This document shows positions 1 to 12,409 of a stretch of DNA of 63,919 nucleotides, in pieces (within the stretch, counting starts at the first letter, position 1; the number at the start of each line of letters is the position of its first letter). The notes beneath the pieces are model-generated. The model did no database searches. It was given only the letters and a program-made list of their open reading frames with translations, and was not told the origin of the DNA. Location of the stretch: positions 35,142,792 through 35,206,710 of the forward strand of contig NC_057720.1 of the NCBI RefSeq assembly GCF_004010195.1, written 5' to 3'. The translations under genes were made by a program, and so were the position numbers. The stretch is from Chiloscyllium plagiosum. Taxonomy: Eukaryota.

Positions 1-1135
1 CCTCTTCGCTGTCCACTACACCTCCAATTTTGGTGTCTTCTGCAAACATACTAACTATACCTCTTATGCTCATATCCAAGTCATTTATATAAATGACAAA
101 AAGTAGAGGACCCAGCACCGATCCTTGTGGCACTCCACTGGTCACAGGCCTCCAGTCTGAAAAACAACCCTCCACCACCACCCTCTGTCTTCTAACTTTG
201 AGCCAGTTCTGTATCCAAATGGCTAGTTCTCCCTGTATTCCATGAGCTCGAACCTTGCTAATCAGCCTCCCATGGGGAACCTTGTTGAATGCCTTACTGA
301 AGTCCATATAGATCACATCTACCACTCTGCCCTCATGAATCCTCTTTGTTACTTCTTCAAAAAGCTCAATCAAGTTTGTAAGACATGATTTCCCACACAC
401 AAAGCCATGTTGACCATCCCTATTCGGTCTTTGCCTTTCCAAATACATGTATATCCTGTCCCTCAGGATTCCCTCCAACTTGCCCACCACTGACGTCAGG
501 CTCACTGGTCTATAGTTCCCTGGCATTTCTTTACCACCCTTTTTAAACAGTGGCACCATGTTAGCCAACCTCCAGGCCTCCGGCACCTCACCTGTGACTA
601 TCAATGATACAAATATCTCAGCAAGAGGCCCAGCAATCACTTCTCTAGCTTCCCACAGTGTTCTAGGGTACACCTGATCAGGTCCTGCGGATTTATCCAC
701 CTTTGCCTATTTCAATAGATCCAGCACATCCTCCTCTGTAATACAGACATTTTGCAAGATGTCACCATCTATTTCCCTACAGTCTATATCTTCCATATCC
801 TTTTCCACAGTAAATACTTATGCAAAATACGTGTTTAGTATTTCCCCCATTTTCTGTGGCTCCTTGCTGATCTTTGAGGGGCCCTATTCTCTCCATAGTT
901 ACCCTTTTGGCCTTAATGTATTTGTAATAACCCTTTGGATTCTCCTTAATTCTATTTGCCAAAGTTATCTCATGTCTCCTTTTTGCCCTTCTGATTTACC
1001 TCTTAAGTATACTCTTACTTCCTTTATACTCTTCTCAGGATTCATTCGATCTATCCTGTCTATACCTTACATACGCTTCCTTCTTCTTCTTAACCAAACC
1101 CTCAATTTCTTTAGTCATCCAGTATTCCCTTCCTT
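1..1135 (-). mobile_element. CR1/HER1-like LINE fragment (ORF2 tether and reverse transcriptase N-half), degenerate, runs off window start
   Basis: Minus-strand translation gives [19 protein letters not shown] (FADD-like motif) near position 1-60 and ANRIKENPKGYYKYIKAKRVTMERIGPLKDQQG (ORF 777..962), matching the ORF2 peptide at 13.9-14.1 kb. Confidence 0.9.
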
Positions 1136-1139
1136 CATG

Positions 1140-1430
1140 AGACATGGTCATTACTGGCAAGTCAGTATCTAATGCCCATCCCTAACTGCCATCTGATTTG
1201 TAATAGTAAACCACCTTGTTATCAAACTACTGCAGTCTATGTTGTGAAGTTACTCCCACAATACTGTTAGGTATAAAATTCCAAGATTTTTGAACGAATG
1301 ACATTGAAGGAAAGGAAATATACTTTTCGAAATTGGTATAGTAACAGGTTTGAAGGGGAGCTTAGTAGCATTTCAAAATGTCTATACTGCTGCCCTTTCA
1401 GATGGTGGAGACCATAGTTTGGAACTCTGG
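1140..1430 (-). mobile_element. 3' end of an older LINE family, homologous to 38505-38950
   Basis: Shares tgcccatcccta..tgcc, ttcca..atttttga..c..gaca.tgaagga and downstream blocks with 38505-38950. Its tail resembles that of the SINE at 22148-22468. Confidence 0.6.
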
Positions 1431-2772
1431 AATTTGCTTTGGAGAATGGTGTAGATGGGACTCAATGTAGATACAGAATACTGGAAGTTTCCAAGGTGGA
1501 GTGGTCAAGCAACCAGGGGTCCAAAGTTATACATTCTAAATTGACCCACGGCTGGAGAAATTGGGCTTTAAGAAAAATTGGTCAAAGTAAATTAAAGCCA
1601 GCAGTATCAGTGACAGAGAAACCAAGGTCAAAGAGATCACAAAGGTTCAAGGGGAACAGTTATAACCAGTCTGAGGGTTGTGTTGATAAGACATACTGTG
1701 AGTGAGACAGAGACAGATGCAGAGGCAGAGAGTCCTGCAGGACCCATCTTTGTGAAAGAGAGCCAGCTCTATGTTGAAGAGGAAGGAGATTCCAATGGCC
1801 CAGCTCAAACACATGCATCGCTGTAGTAATAACCTCAGCTGGATAAAATCGATATGGGAAGTAAATATTGTCGGATTTTGGAAAATGTTCACATGGTGTT
1901 TTTAATAAGGAATATTTTGTAAAGAAAATCGAGTTGAAGCATAAACCAAATATTGCATCCCTTTGTCATCCTCACCGACAACGGCATTTAGGCAAAGTGT
2001 ATTTCATATGTAAACTGGTCATAGTGTCCAAAGCGCATACAACGGCGGTGATAGCCGTTATGGTACTCAAGAAGAAAGGTTAAACCTTAACTATCTGGGA
2101 TGCACCAGTTGGATTTCAGGTCTACCTTGCAGTCAGGAGCTGGTGACATGATTGATATACTTTCATGAGAGTCCACCTCCAAGAACTGACTGATATTTGG
2201 TGGTCCAGAGGTTCCTCAGTCCCAGTAGTTCCAGCTGCTAAGACCCTCACTGATCTGCCAGCATGTCAGCAAACAGAGGAGTGCCAAGGATCACAAAGTG
2301 GGTCAGGTGAGTGCCCACACAATGGAAAAAGCAATTTATGAGCATACAGACTGCCATGATCACCAGAACCACTGAGTGCCAGAATAGGCGAGTCCACTTT
2401 CTCCAATCGAGCCAAACCTGCAGGAAGGCCATCAGCATTCACCAGTAAGCCTCTATGTGTGGAGAAGACCATCCCCACCCACAAACACTAGTAAAATATC
2501 AGCATTTGTATGAAGAGGCTTTTAGATTTCTGGAAGCAAAGGTATCCACCTCCAAATTCCCTACCATTGACAGAAAACTATGATAGTAGGAAAGTGATGA
2601 GAAGCCCGTAGCCTACCGCATCACCCCCAGCTCTTATCTCTGCTTTACAGCCAAAATTCAATCCACTGCACCAGTGGTGGAGGCAGTCAATTTTCTTCAT
2701 CAATGCTGTAAGAGCTGCAGGGTTTATATGGCTGCTCCAATGTTTCTTTGCCAACTATTATTTACTCAGAAT

Positions 2773-3016
2773 TGAAATAATGCTACAGAGGGCAGCATCC
2801 CATCACCAAGTCGCCTTTTATTTACATGCACAGTACTTCACACTGATCCAGCTCCATCAGAGCCAACTCTCAGAATGAACAGGATGTCTGACATTCCTGT
2901 CTTATCTGTCAGTCAGAGCGCCCTGATTAGACCAGATTAACAGCCCCAATGAAGGAACTCATGTTCTATGAGATCCACCTGACTGAATTTGTTCCAATCA
3001 ATCCACCTCTCCCCTT
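2773..3016 (-). mobile_element. Gypsy-like LTR with adjoining polypurine tract (3' LTR remnant)
   Basis: Reverse complement aligns with the solo LTR at 46683-46921 (tgtaaataaa, ggtgatgggat, terminal tta..tca). A purine run aggggagagg (3006-3015, minus) lies directly upstream. Confidence 0.65.
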
Positions 3017-5074
3017 GGGGTCTGAAGAAATAGGTCAGTTCTGTTTTTTTCTGTGCACGGACAGGGACCCAGCTCACAGACTGGACCAGCCTGCTTCTCA
3101 GGGATTCTCACTTGCTCCCTCAACACTCAATCACTAAGTACCCATCTAGGTGCTCACAGTATCCCATGCATGCCTTACGTTTTTGTGTTTTATCACCTCA
3201 GTTTAACAGCTCACAATACTGCTGTTTGCCTTATTATTCAGCACAGACATTAAGCAGGCAGTTCGTCATGCTGGTCAGTGGTTATCAGTGGAGAGGGTGA
3301 ACATCTTACTGTACAGCACATAACAATCTCACCATTGGCCAGCAGCTTTTGGGGCAAACATCCTCCATTAGCACAGTGAAAGACAATTACTGACTTGCAG
3401 CATTTGACCTTGTACACAACTGGACTTTAAACATTGCACTGGCAGTGTGAAACTCTGAAGGTCCTGGCAGCGGTGAGTAGTACTGTTGCTGATACAAGAC
3501 ATTGCTAATGAGGTGAGGACGAGAATATTGGTTGAGAAAATTTGCTGGGGAAAGAAAGAGAGAGACCCTCCATAAAATTCCCAAAACTTACAACTACGCC
3601 TGAATATTCCTAAAAATCAACTGGATGGTTAGGTTTCTATCACAGTTTCATCCACATCAAACTCTGAGAGTTAAATGCACTGAAATTGCCGTGTCATCAC
3701 AGAACCCTGAGGCAAAGTTCAATATCAACTCTCTTTATAGTTTCAATTTCCAGGAACATAAAACACGAAAGAAAAGCAATTCATAAGAAATCTAAGTTTA
3801 TGCTAACAACGAGAATCTGATTGGGTTTCTTATTTGATTGAGCTACTCATTAATGTATTCAAAAGTAAGGAAGAGTACAGCTCCAAAGCAGTTAGTTTGC
3901 ATATGCACTGGTCTGAACAGGCAACAGATGCCCCTTTTAGACAGAGCATTCTCTATCCACTGTCCTGTCCAGACCTGACATGATACTGAGAATTGCATTT
4001 CTTCCCCCAGATGGCCTGGAGACTAGGTGGAGGAAGGAAGGGCATGCTGAATCAGGGCTCAAAATCCAAATGATTCAGCCCGTTGAAGTTCTTTCTTTAA
4101 CATTCAGAAAATAAAATATTCTATTTGGATATTAAATTGGCGCTAAAAGTGAAGTGAACATGCTTAATTTTTACGTTGGCAGCATGTCCTACACGTCCTG
4201 TGTAAACATGATATCTGAGTTTGCCAATGCTGACTTCTGTTTGATTCATGCCATTTTATTTATTTTTATTTTTCCTTACTCTTCCTGTCCCTTTATAAGT
4301 GTTGGTGTATTATAACTTGTGGATATGAGAGTAATGTGTTCCAACTTTCTGCATTACTTTGGGAGCACAAACTCTGATCAAAACTGTGTATATCCCAACT
4401 CTGGTGGCACAATGTAGTGGAGGGTTCTAAAGTACAGGCTTTCTATTTCCTGATTCTATATCCCCCAATAATCTTCTTTTTCCCAATGTGAAAGAAAGTA
4501 TAGGAAAAAAGATTGAATGCAGCACCATTTTGTTGGCATCATAGAACTATTGGCAAAAACTCATGACTGGTAACACACATCTATATGTGATTGATAGTGA
4601 GATAATCCAATTACAGTTTAACTTATGGCTTTAATATCTACTGAGCAGACGGTACTCTTTTTGATTCTGTTTTCCTTTTATTTATTTGTTACTTGAAAAT
4701 TATTTTTATATTCCATTAAAGAAACACTGTTATTGGCTAATATCCATCACATTGCTCTCTTCTGATTCTGAGTCCAGGGTCAAATTCTGAAGAGTCAAAG
4801 ATAGGATCCTGAAATGAGTTTGTGAATCTCTTACTATTACCGAGCAAATACAAAATTTTACTTTAGACCTGCGTTAATTACTCATAGAGAGGGGTGGAGG
4901 TGGTTTGAATCTGCTTGCTCACAGATGCTGGTCCTTAAAGAGTCCAGAAAATCTTATTCAATCCCATTATAGCAATCAGGCATATTTCAGAAAGTTCCTG
5001 GATGCTTGTAAGAAATGAAAATGTATCCAGCATTGGATAGACTGAACAAAATCCATTCTGGATTAGTGGTGCTG

Positions 5075-5410
5075 GAAGAGCACAGCAGTTCAGGCAGCAT
5101 CCGAGGACCAGTAAAATCGACGTTTCGGGCAAAAGCCCTTCATCAGGAATAAAGGCAGAGAGCCTGAAGAGTGGAGAGATAAGCTAGAGGAGGTTGGGGG
5201 TGGGGAGAAAGTAGCATAGAGTACATTGGGTGAGAGGGGGAGGGGATGAAGGTGATAGGTCGGGGGCGGGAGAAGGGTGGAGTGTATAGGTGGAAAAGAA
5301 GATAGGCAGGTAGGACAAGTCATGGAGACAGTGCAGAGCTGGAAGTTTGGAACTAGGGTGAGGTGAGGGAAAGGGAAATGAGGAAACTGTTGAAGTCCAC
5401 ATTGATGTCC
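5075..5410 (-). mobile_element. Penelope-like element 3' end (pLTR) with hammerhead core
   Basis: Near-identical in reverse complement to 35763-36137. Contains CTGATGA-agggcttttgccc-GAAAC-GTC on the minus strand. Confidence 0.75.
5115..5150 (-). ncRNA. Minimal type I hammerhead ribozyme motif (PLE-associated)
   Basis: attc CUGAUGA a GGGC uuuu GCCC GAAAC GUC gauu. Catalytic boxes and stem II are intact; stem I is weak, with one U-U mismatch. Confidence 0.65.
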
Positions 5411-5749
5411 ATGTCAGATAGAAACAAGTGTATTTTTCTTTGTGAACTGACCAATAGCTGCAAAATGTTATTGATCCCACCTGATCAATGTTCCAGGCTG
5501 ATGCAGAATACTTGCAATCCCAGCATCACGTTCCACCTGGGCTGAATTCCAATGTCAAATGTATAACAAAAAATTCACACTTTTCAATTAATATACAATT
5601 CTTTGAGAAAGAAACATTGCACTGAAAACTAGGACAACAAAGAACAAACTTTGAATAAGAAAAGGTAAAAAGAAATTTGCAGAGATGTTAAATAAATATT
5701 CTATGTTTTTCTTAACAGCAGAAAACCAAATGAACAAAATCTGAAACGC

Positions 5750-7290
5750 AGGAAACCAAGGTTCTAATTTTGGGAGAGAAGCTTAAAGTAAGTATGCAAG
5801 CAAAGAAAATGTACTGAGAAAAGACAGGTTATTAAAATCAAATCAACATGCTGGACATGAGGCTATACACATTCAGATTTTAAAAGTGGTGACTAGATAA
5901 TGGATGCCTTGGTTTAATCTTCCAGAACTTCTTAGATTCTCAACTAGTTCCTGGATTGGAAGGTAATAAATATGATCCCACTCAAGAAATGAATGGGCTA
6001 GAAAACCAGAAACAATATACACCAGGTAGCTTGATAAGACCATAAGACATAGGAGTGGAAGTAAGGCCATTCGGCCCATCAAGTCCACTCCGCCATTTAA
6101 TCATGGCTGATGGGCATTTCAACTCCACTTACCCGCATTCTCCCCGTAGCCCTTAATTCCTTGTGACATCAAGAATTTATCAATCTCTGCCTTGAAGACA
6201 TTTAGTGTCCCGGCCTCCACTGCACTCCACAGCAATGAATTCCACAGGCCCACCACTCTCTGGCTGAAGAAATGTCTCCGCATTTCTGTTCTGAATTTAC
6301 CACCTCTAATTCTAAGGCTGTGCCCACGGGTCATAGTCTCCTCGCCTAACGGAAACAATTTCTTAGCGTCCACCCTTTCCAAGCCATGTATTATCTTGTA
6401 AGTTTCTATTAGATCTCCCCTTAACCTTCTAAACTCCAATGAGTACAATCCTAGGACCCTCAGCCGTTCCTCGTATGTTAGACCTATCATTCCAGGGATC
6501 ATCTGTGTGAATCTCCGCTGGACACGCTCCAGTGCCAGTATGTCCCTCCTGAGGTGTGGGGCCCAAAACTGGACACAGTACTCCAAATGGAGCCTAACCA
6601 GAGCTTTATAAAGTCTCAGTAGCACATCGCTGCTTTTATATTCCAACCCTCTTGATGTTAGTAGTTGGAAAAATACTGGAATCTATTATTGAGGAAGATC
6701 TAACATATATGTTGCAAATTAACTAAATGATGCAACAGAGGCAACACAACTTTATGGAAGGGTTGTCATGCTTCACAAATTGGTGATTTTTGAGAATGCA
6801 ATGAGCAGAATATATGGGGTATTAGTGGACATAGTAAACTTAGCTTTACAGAAGGCATTCTTTCCAAAAATTGTTCTTGGAAATTTTCAAAAAAATTTCA
6901 AAAATCCAAACATATGGGCTCATGACATTGAGTGTAAAATATCAACGTGGGTTTTGGATTTATTAACAGTCAAAGAAAAGAACAAAAATAAACAGGTCAC
7001 TTTTGCAGTGGCAGTATTTAGCTAATATAGTGTTGCAAGAAACAGTACTTGACCCTCAACTATTTATAACAAAAGCAGTGACTTAGCTGGTGGAACTGTC
7101 TGTAACGTATTCAGGTTTGCTGACAATATAAAGCTATGTGAGGACATAAGCTGTGTGAAGGAGACTATATGGGATACAGACAGGCTAAATGAGCGGAAAA
7201 GAGTGCAGATGGAATATGATATGGGAAATGTGAAATCATAGACATGTTCATGGAAGTCTTCAGTAGTTTTCAAGTACATTTTCTGAGATT
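5750..7290 (+). mobile_element. Old, decayed CR1 RT fragment interrupted by a younger CR1
   Basis: Remnants of RT motifs: VDIVNLALQKAF (ORF 6768..7025) and aggtttgctgacaat (FAD-like) near 7112. Split at about 6035/6656. Confidence 0.7.
6036..6650 (-). mobile_element. Young 5'-truncated CR1 LINE 3' end with (GGTCTTAT)n tail
   Basis: ORF 6119..6646 is an uninterrupted CR1 ORF2 C-terminus (LYKALVRLHLEYCVQFWAPH...FFSQRVVGLWNSL). Tail ataagaccataagac; candidate TSD cttgat at 6030-6035 and 6651-6656. Confidence 0.92.
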
Positions 7291-7369
7291 CATCAGATTC
7301 TGGGAAGGTTTCATAATTCTGGAACACAACAAGTATAATTTCTCTATTCAGGAAGAGAGGGAGGTAATA

Positions 7370-8720
7370 AACAGTAAACTACAAGCCAATTTAGTTTGTT
7401 GTCTGTGGCAGAGAACTTGTAAGAATCAAACATTAAAGAGGTTTTAACTGAGCACTTGGAAAACCTTGAGGTAATCATGAAGAGTCAACATAGTTTTGTG
7501 AAAGAGAAATAGCGTTTAACCAATGTTTGGAATTATTTGAAGGAGTCACATGCATGTGGATAAAGGAAAATCTATTGATGTACTGCATTTGGTTTTCCAA
7601 AAGGCATTTGATAGCATGCTACAGGAATGGCTATTGTGCTAAGTGGGAGCTCATCATGTAGGCGATAGCATACCAGTATGGATAGAACATTGGCTGGCTA
7701 CAGAAAATATGCACAAACAGATCTTTTTAAGACTGGTGGGATGTAATGAATGGAGTTCTGCAGGAGTCTGTTCCTTCAATTTTTTTTACAATCTATCTGA
7801 ATGATATGGATGAAGGGACCAAAGGCATGATGTCTAACTTTGCAGCTTAAAAGATAGGTGGGACCCCATGTTGTGACGACAATGTAATAAGGATGCAAGC
7901 AACTATTGATATGTTCAGGGAGTGGACAAAAGTCCGGAAAGCGCAGTGAGAAAATGTGAATTTACTCACTTTCTCATGAAGAATGAAAAAGCAGAGTATT
8001 ATTTAAATGCAGAATGACTGCAGATTTCCAAGGTTGAGAAGAATCTAGGAGATCTAAATCTAAACAATACTATGCAGGTACAGCAAGTGATCAAGAAGGC
8101 CAATGGGAAGTTATGAGAAAAATTGAGCATAGAAATAAGGAGGTTATCCTTCAATTAAACAGGGCATTGATAAGACTACTGAATACTGTGAATATGTTTC
8201 AGTTTCTTTATTAAGGAAAGATCTAAATGTGTTGAAGATGGCTTAGTGCAGGTTTACTTGGACTGTTACCTGGAATGAACAGATTGTCTCATGAATAAAG
8301 ATTGGACAGGAGTTTTCACTGGAGTTTGGAAGAGTGAGAATGATTTGCTTGGATTTTCGAAGATCCTGTATGGTCTTTTCAAAGTGGATGTGGAAAGGAT
8401 GTTTCCTCTTTTTAGTAGGTCCAGGACTAAGAACACTGTTTTAATATTAGGTACTTTCCCTCTAGGACAGAGATGATGTGAATGTTTTTCTCTCTGAGGG
8501 CTGGATGACTTTGAAACTCTCTGTCTTAGAGAACAATGGCGGCAAGGCGATTGATCATTTTTAAGATGGAAGTCGGTAGATTTTTATTGGGTAGGGAAAT
8601 CAAAGCTTTGGGGGCTAGATGGGAATGTGGAATTTGAGACACAAACAGATCAGCCATGATCTTACTGAGTGGTGAAATAGGCTTGAAGGGCCTAACTCTA
8701 CCTGTGATTCACATGTCCAT
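7370..8720 (+). mobile_element. Old decayed CR1 RT-to-3' UTR fragment
   Basis: Remnants of SQHGF (agtcaacatagttttgtg), FQKAFD (ttccaaaaggcatttgat), the C-terminal VDVERMFPL, and a 3' UTR (gatcagccatgatc). Confidence 0.7.
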
Positions 8721-9579
8721 TTGTAGTCTTAAACAATAATGACTTTTTGCACATTATGTGTCTACCTCTGTTGAAGCCTTGTTGGTTCTTTTCTCTGTCA
8801 TATGATCTCTAGCATCATCACTATTGAAGCTGCGATTCAGCCTGTTCCAGACATTAACCTCTTCGAATCTGTACGGACCATCCCCCAATTTAGGTTTCAT
8901 GGTGCCACGCTTCCACTGGCACAGAGTGGCATGAGAGTTCTAAAATTCTTTGTCAAAGATGTGATTTTAGATTAATTGGCCTTAATGTAATGTTTAACTA
9001 ATTATGATTTTAGTTTATTTTTAATCAAGGGATATTAAAACATTCCTTACCCCAGCCAAAAGAATTAATTTTTTTTGATCCCATGGACACTTTCTGCGTG
9101 ATGGGATAATGGCCAAATTGAAAGCTTTTAATCACACAGATGCGATTTGTTTTTGCATAACTGAGAAATTGCAATCAAAGATAAAAGGTCAAATTTTGGT
9201 TTGTTTATTTCTAAGCAAATTTGCCAGCTTCATTCTGTTTTGAAAATCTAATTTCCAGCTTTTGTGATTTGAATTCTGATCTTTGAACCAACACTAACAA
9301 TGTGAAAGTGTACATCACAAGTTGAGCTTATTTTACTAAACGCATCTAATTTTCTATTTTTAAAAATGCAAAAGAACTACAAAGGTACACTCTTAAATCA
9401 CTAAAACCAGGCAAACATTTTGAGTTGATCACATTGTGTTCCTGTAGGAAATGTGATGTTTATAATCGCCTACATAACAAGGCGAATCCTTTTTTAAGAA
9501 CGCATAACTAACTGCACATTTAGCTCTCAAAGCATGTTAAAAATTGTTGAGCTAGTTTGTGAACATATTGACTAATGAT

Positions 9580-10457
9580 TTCTCGCCAGGTGAGCATCCT
9601 CTTAGTCGGTGGAGAAGCAGCGCAGTTTGCGGGCTCCTGCCTGGAGCTCATCTGCTCTGCCTTTAGAATTAGAATCCCTACTGTGTGGAAACAGGCCCTT
9701 CAGCCCAACAAACCCACACCGACCCTCCGAAGAATAACCCACCCAGACCCATTCACCTACATTTACCCCAGACTAATACGCCTAACCTACACATCTCTGA
9801 ACACTATGGGGCAATTTAGCTTGGCCAATTCACCTGACCTGCACATTTTTGAATTATGGGAGGAAACCGGAGCATCCGGAGGAAACCCACGCAGTACAGG
9901 GAGAAGGTGCAAACTCCACACTGCCAGTCGCCTGAGGCTGGAATCGAGCTCAGGTCCCTGATGCTGTGAGGCCACCATGCCGCCCTCTGCTAGAACGTTT
10001 TCTTTATTCTTTCACTACTCTTTTTTTCTTACTTTAATCTACTTACCTTCTGTGGGAGCAAGTTTGTGCAGCACAGAGGAGATCAAGCCAGTAGTTGGAA
10101 AGGTTCCCCAGCATCCATCTAGCATGGGGGAGATTAAGCTAGCATGGGGAGAGGGAGCCCATCCTGGTAGATGAGTCCAGTATGGAGGAGAACAAGCTGC
10201 TGTGAAGCCAGCATGGCTAAGCACTTAAGAAATCCTGTGAAGTTGAACTTGTAACTTTATTTCTTTATTTTTCTACTTTGTAAGGGTTGTAATGTTGAAC
10301 TTGAAACTTTCTTTTTTCTATTTTGTACCTAAGATTTTGTACCTAGGTATCTTTATACCAAAGAAGGCTGTGGGAATGGCTACTTGGTACACTTTTCACT
10401 GTACTCTTTTTACCCTGTACTTGAGGATGCCTGACAATAAACCTAAATCTAATTCTA
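9580..10457 (+). mobile_element. Putative non-autonomous retroelement with Rex1/Babar-like 3' tail, interrupted by a SINE
   Basis: acttttcactgtact (10391-10405) and tgacaataaa match the 3' tail of the Rex1/Babar LINE at 18712-18760. Non-coding body with short internal repeats; the 5' boundary is uncertain. Confidence 0.4.
9664..9985 (-). mobile_element. HE1-like tRNA-derived SINE
   Basis: Reverse complement has the tRNA-like head, the central gtgtggagtttgcac..ctccc..tgcgtgggtttcctccgg domain and a CR1-like tail. Confidence 0.9.
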
Positions 10458-12409
10458 GTCACTATTCACTCCCCTCCCAACTGTTATAGATGATCTTTCA
10501 CATTCACGCACACAAATGTAAAGAAAATAAAACATCATTGCACAGGGGAATATGAAGATGAAATACATCACGTGCTATTGAAGTGGAAGCAATAGTAAAC
10601 CCAATGAGTTATATTATTATGTCAAAAATGGACTCTGAGGCAAAACAAAGTTGCTAGCAATCCTAATGACAAATAGTAGTGACTCAGTGGTTTGCTTATC
10701 ATAACCAGTATGTTAAAATCCTGGCATTTGTGAAGCTCATTCCTTTAAGAAAGAGCAGAAAGTCTTCAAAGGACATTTTAATTACTTTACGTCTCTGATC
10801 AATTAGACCTGATCGGCTTCATCCCTTCATCAGCCAATTTTGATTCTCAATAGTGCACTCTTAAATCTCAGCTGTTAGTCACCTACACTTTAATGTTATA
10901 TTTGTTATGCCAAATATTCTCTGTTCTGTAACATCTCACTGCATGGGACAAGAGCAGTAATATTAAATTGACTGTAATATCTCCAATTCCCCTCCATGTC
11001 AGACAATGCTAATTTGCACATATATCGCCATTCCATTACAGTAGTCTGGCCAACATTCTGTATTTCACACAATTATTGTTACCCATTTGGCAAAGTGCAC
11101 TGATTCTCAAACACTTTCACTCCTGGCATCGCCATAACAGTTAATGACTTACTCAAAGTGTACAATGTCACTCAATTACTTGTCTACTGGAACCAATTCA
11201 ATGGAAAACACTGATCGAGTGCTTGTATGTAACAAGAACTACAGTTAATTATAAAAAGATAAGTTACAGCTACAAGTAAATAAACCTATGAAACAGCAAC
11301 ATATAGCACTTCTAGTTAAAACTCTAACCTTTTTAAAATTCCTGCATGCACATATACCTGCACAAACAAAAAAATAGGTGTTATGGGTAGAGGGAGCAAA
11401 TTACTGGGGGTTCACAGTTCAATAGCACCAGTCCATGGGCTTCAATGAGGTATGAATTTTATTTCCCAAAACATTCTCTACTCCAATCTCCTTCCTTCTA
11501 GGTTCTTTGCTGAAGATACAGGAAATTTACAGATTAAATGTTTGCTTTCACATTCACTGGTTGGAGGCAACAGCTTATAACTAATAGTGAGAGAGAATAA
11601 TGGACTGTCTCCCCAGCATTACAAGCTGCTTGCCTCTCGCTGTGTGCAAGAATACAAGAGAGCCACAGACACTGGCAACATGTAACTGAAAATTCCAGAC
11701 CTTGTGCGCTGGACATAGAGGTTGGCAGCCAATAAGTTAGTGCTGAGGCTAGTGAGTGTGTACTAAAAAAAGTAGTGTGCAGGAAACAAAGTGTGGCAAC
11801 CTCCAAGTAAGAGAGTGGGTGCTAGGAAACAACTAAGAGCCATAAGATGCATGTGTTGACATCAGCACAAAAGCATCCTGTGTAGACGTAGGAGCGTGTT
11901 TGTCCCTGTGTGAGAAGTGACCTGGCAGAAGCATTCAAGATATAAGAATCTCTGACCTCTGAAACAACTTCAGCTGAAAGGCTGAAGTGGTGTCCGAGTT
12001 GGCCAGAGATAGGCTTGATAATATAATGACTCTGGTAGTTTGCCAATGCTGTCTTTGATGGTTGAAAGGTAGAGGAGGATACTGGCCATGCAGCATGTAG
12101 GGACAGAGTTCACAAGAAACAATTCCATGACTGGGCGTATTTGTCAAACTGCATTCACCAAGTACCCATGGTGAATTACCATCAGAACTTGTACCTTCTC
12201 ATTCCTTGCTGGAGGAGAAGAGATTTGGAAGTGATGCATAAATTGGCTAAGTTAGGGTTCAAATGAGACAGAAAGGGGAAAATCAGGAAAACTTTGCTCG
12301 ATATGAAGAGTCTGGTAAACTTCATTCCTTCTGCATTATCCCCACTTTTTTCGTCACTTATTCTCACTATACCAAGGACGGGAGTATTCCATCCTATGTG
12401 CAACCTTCA

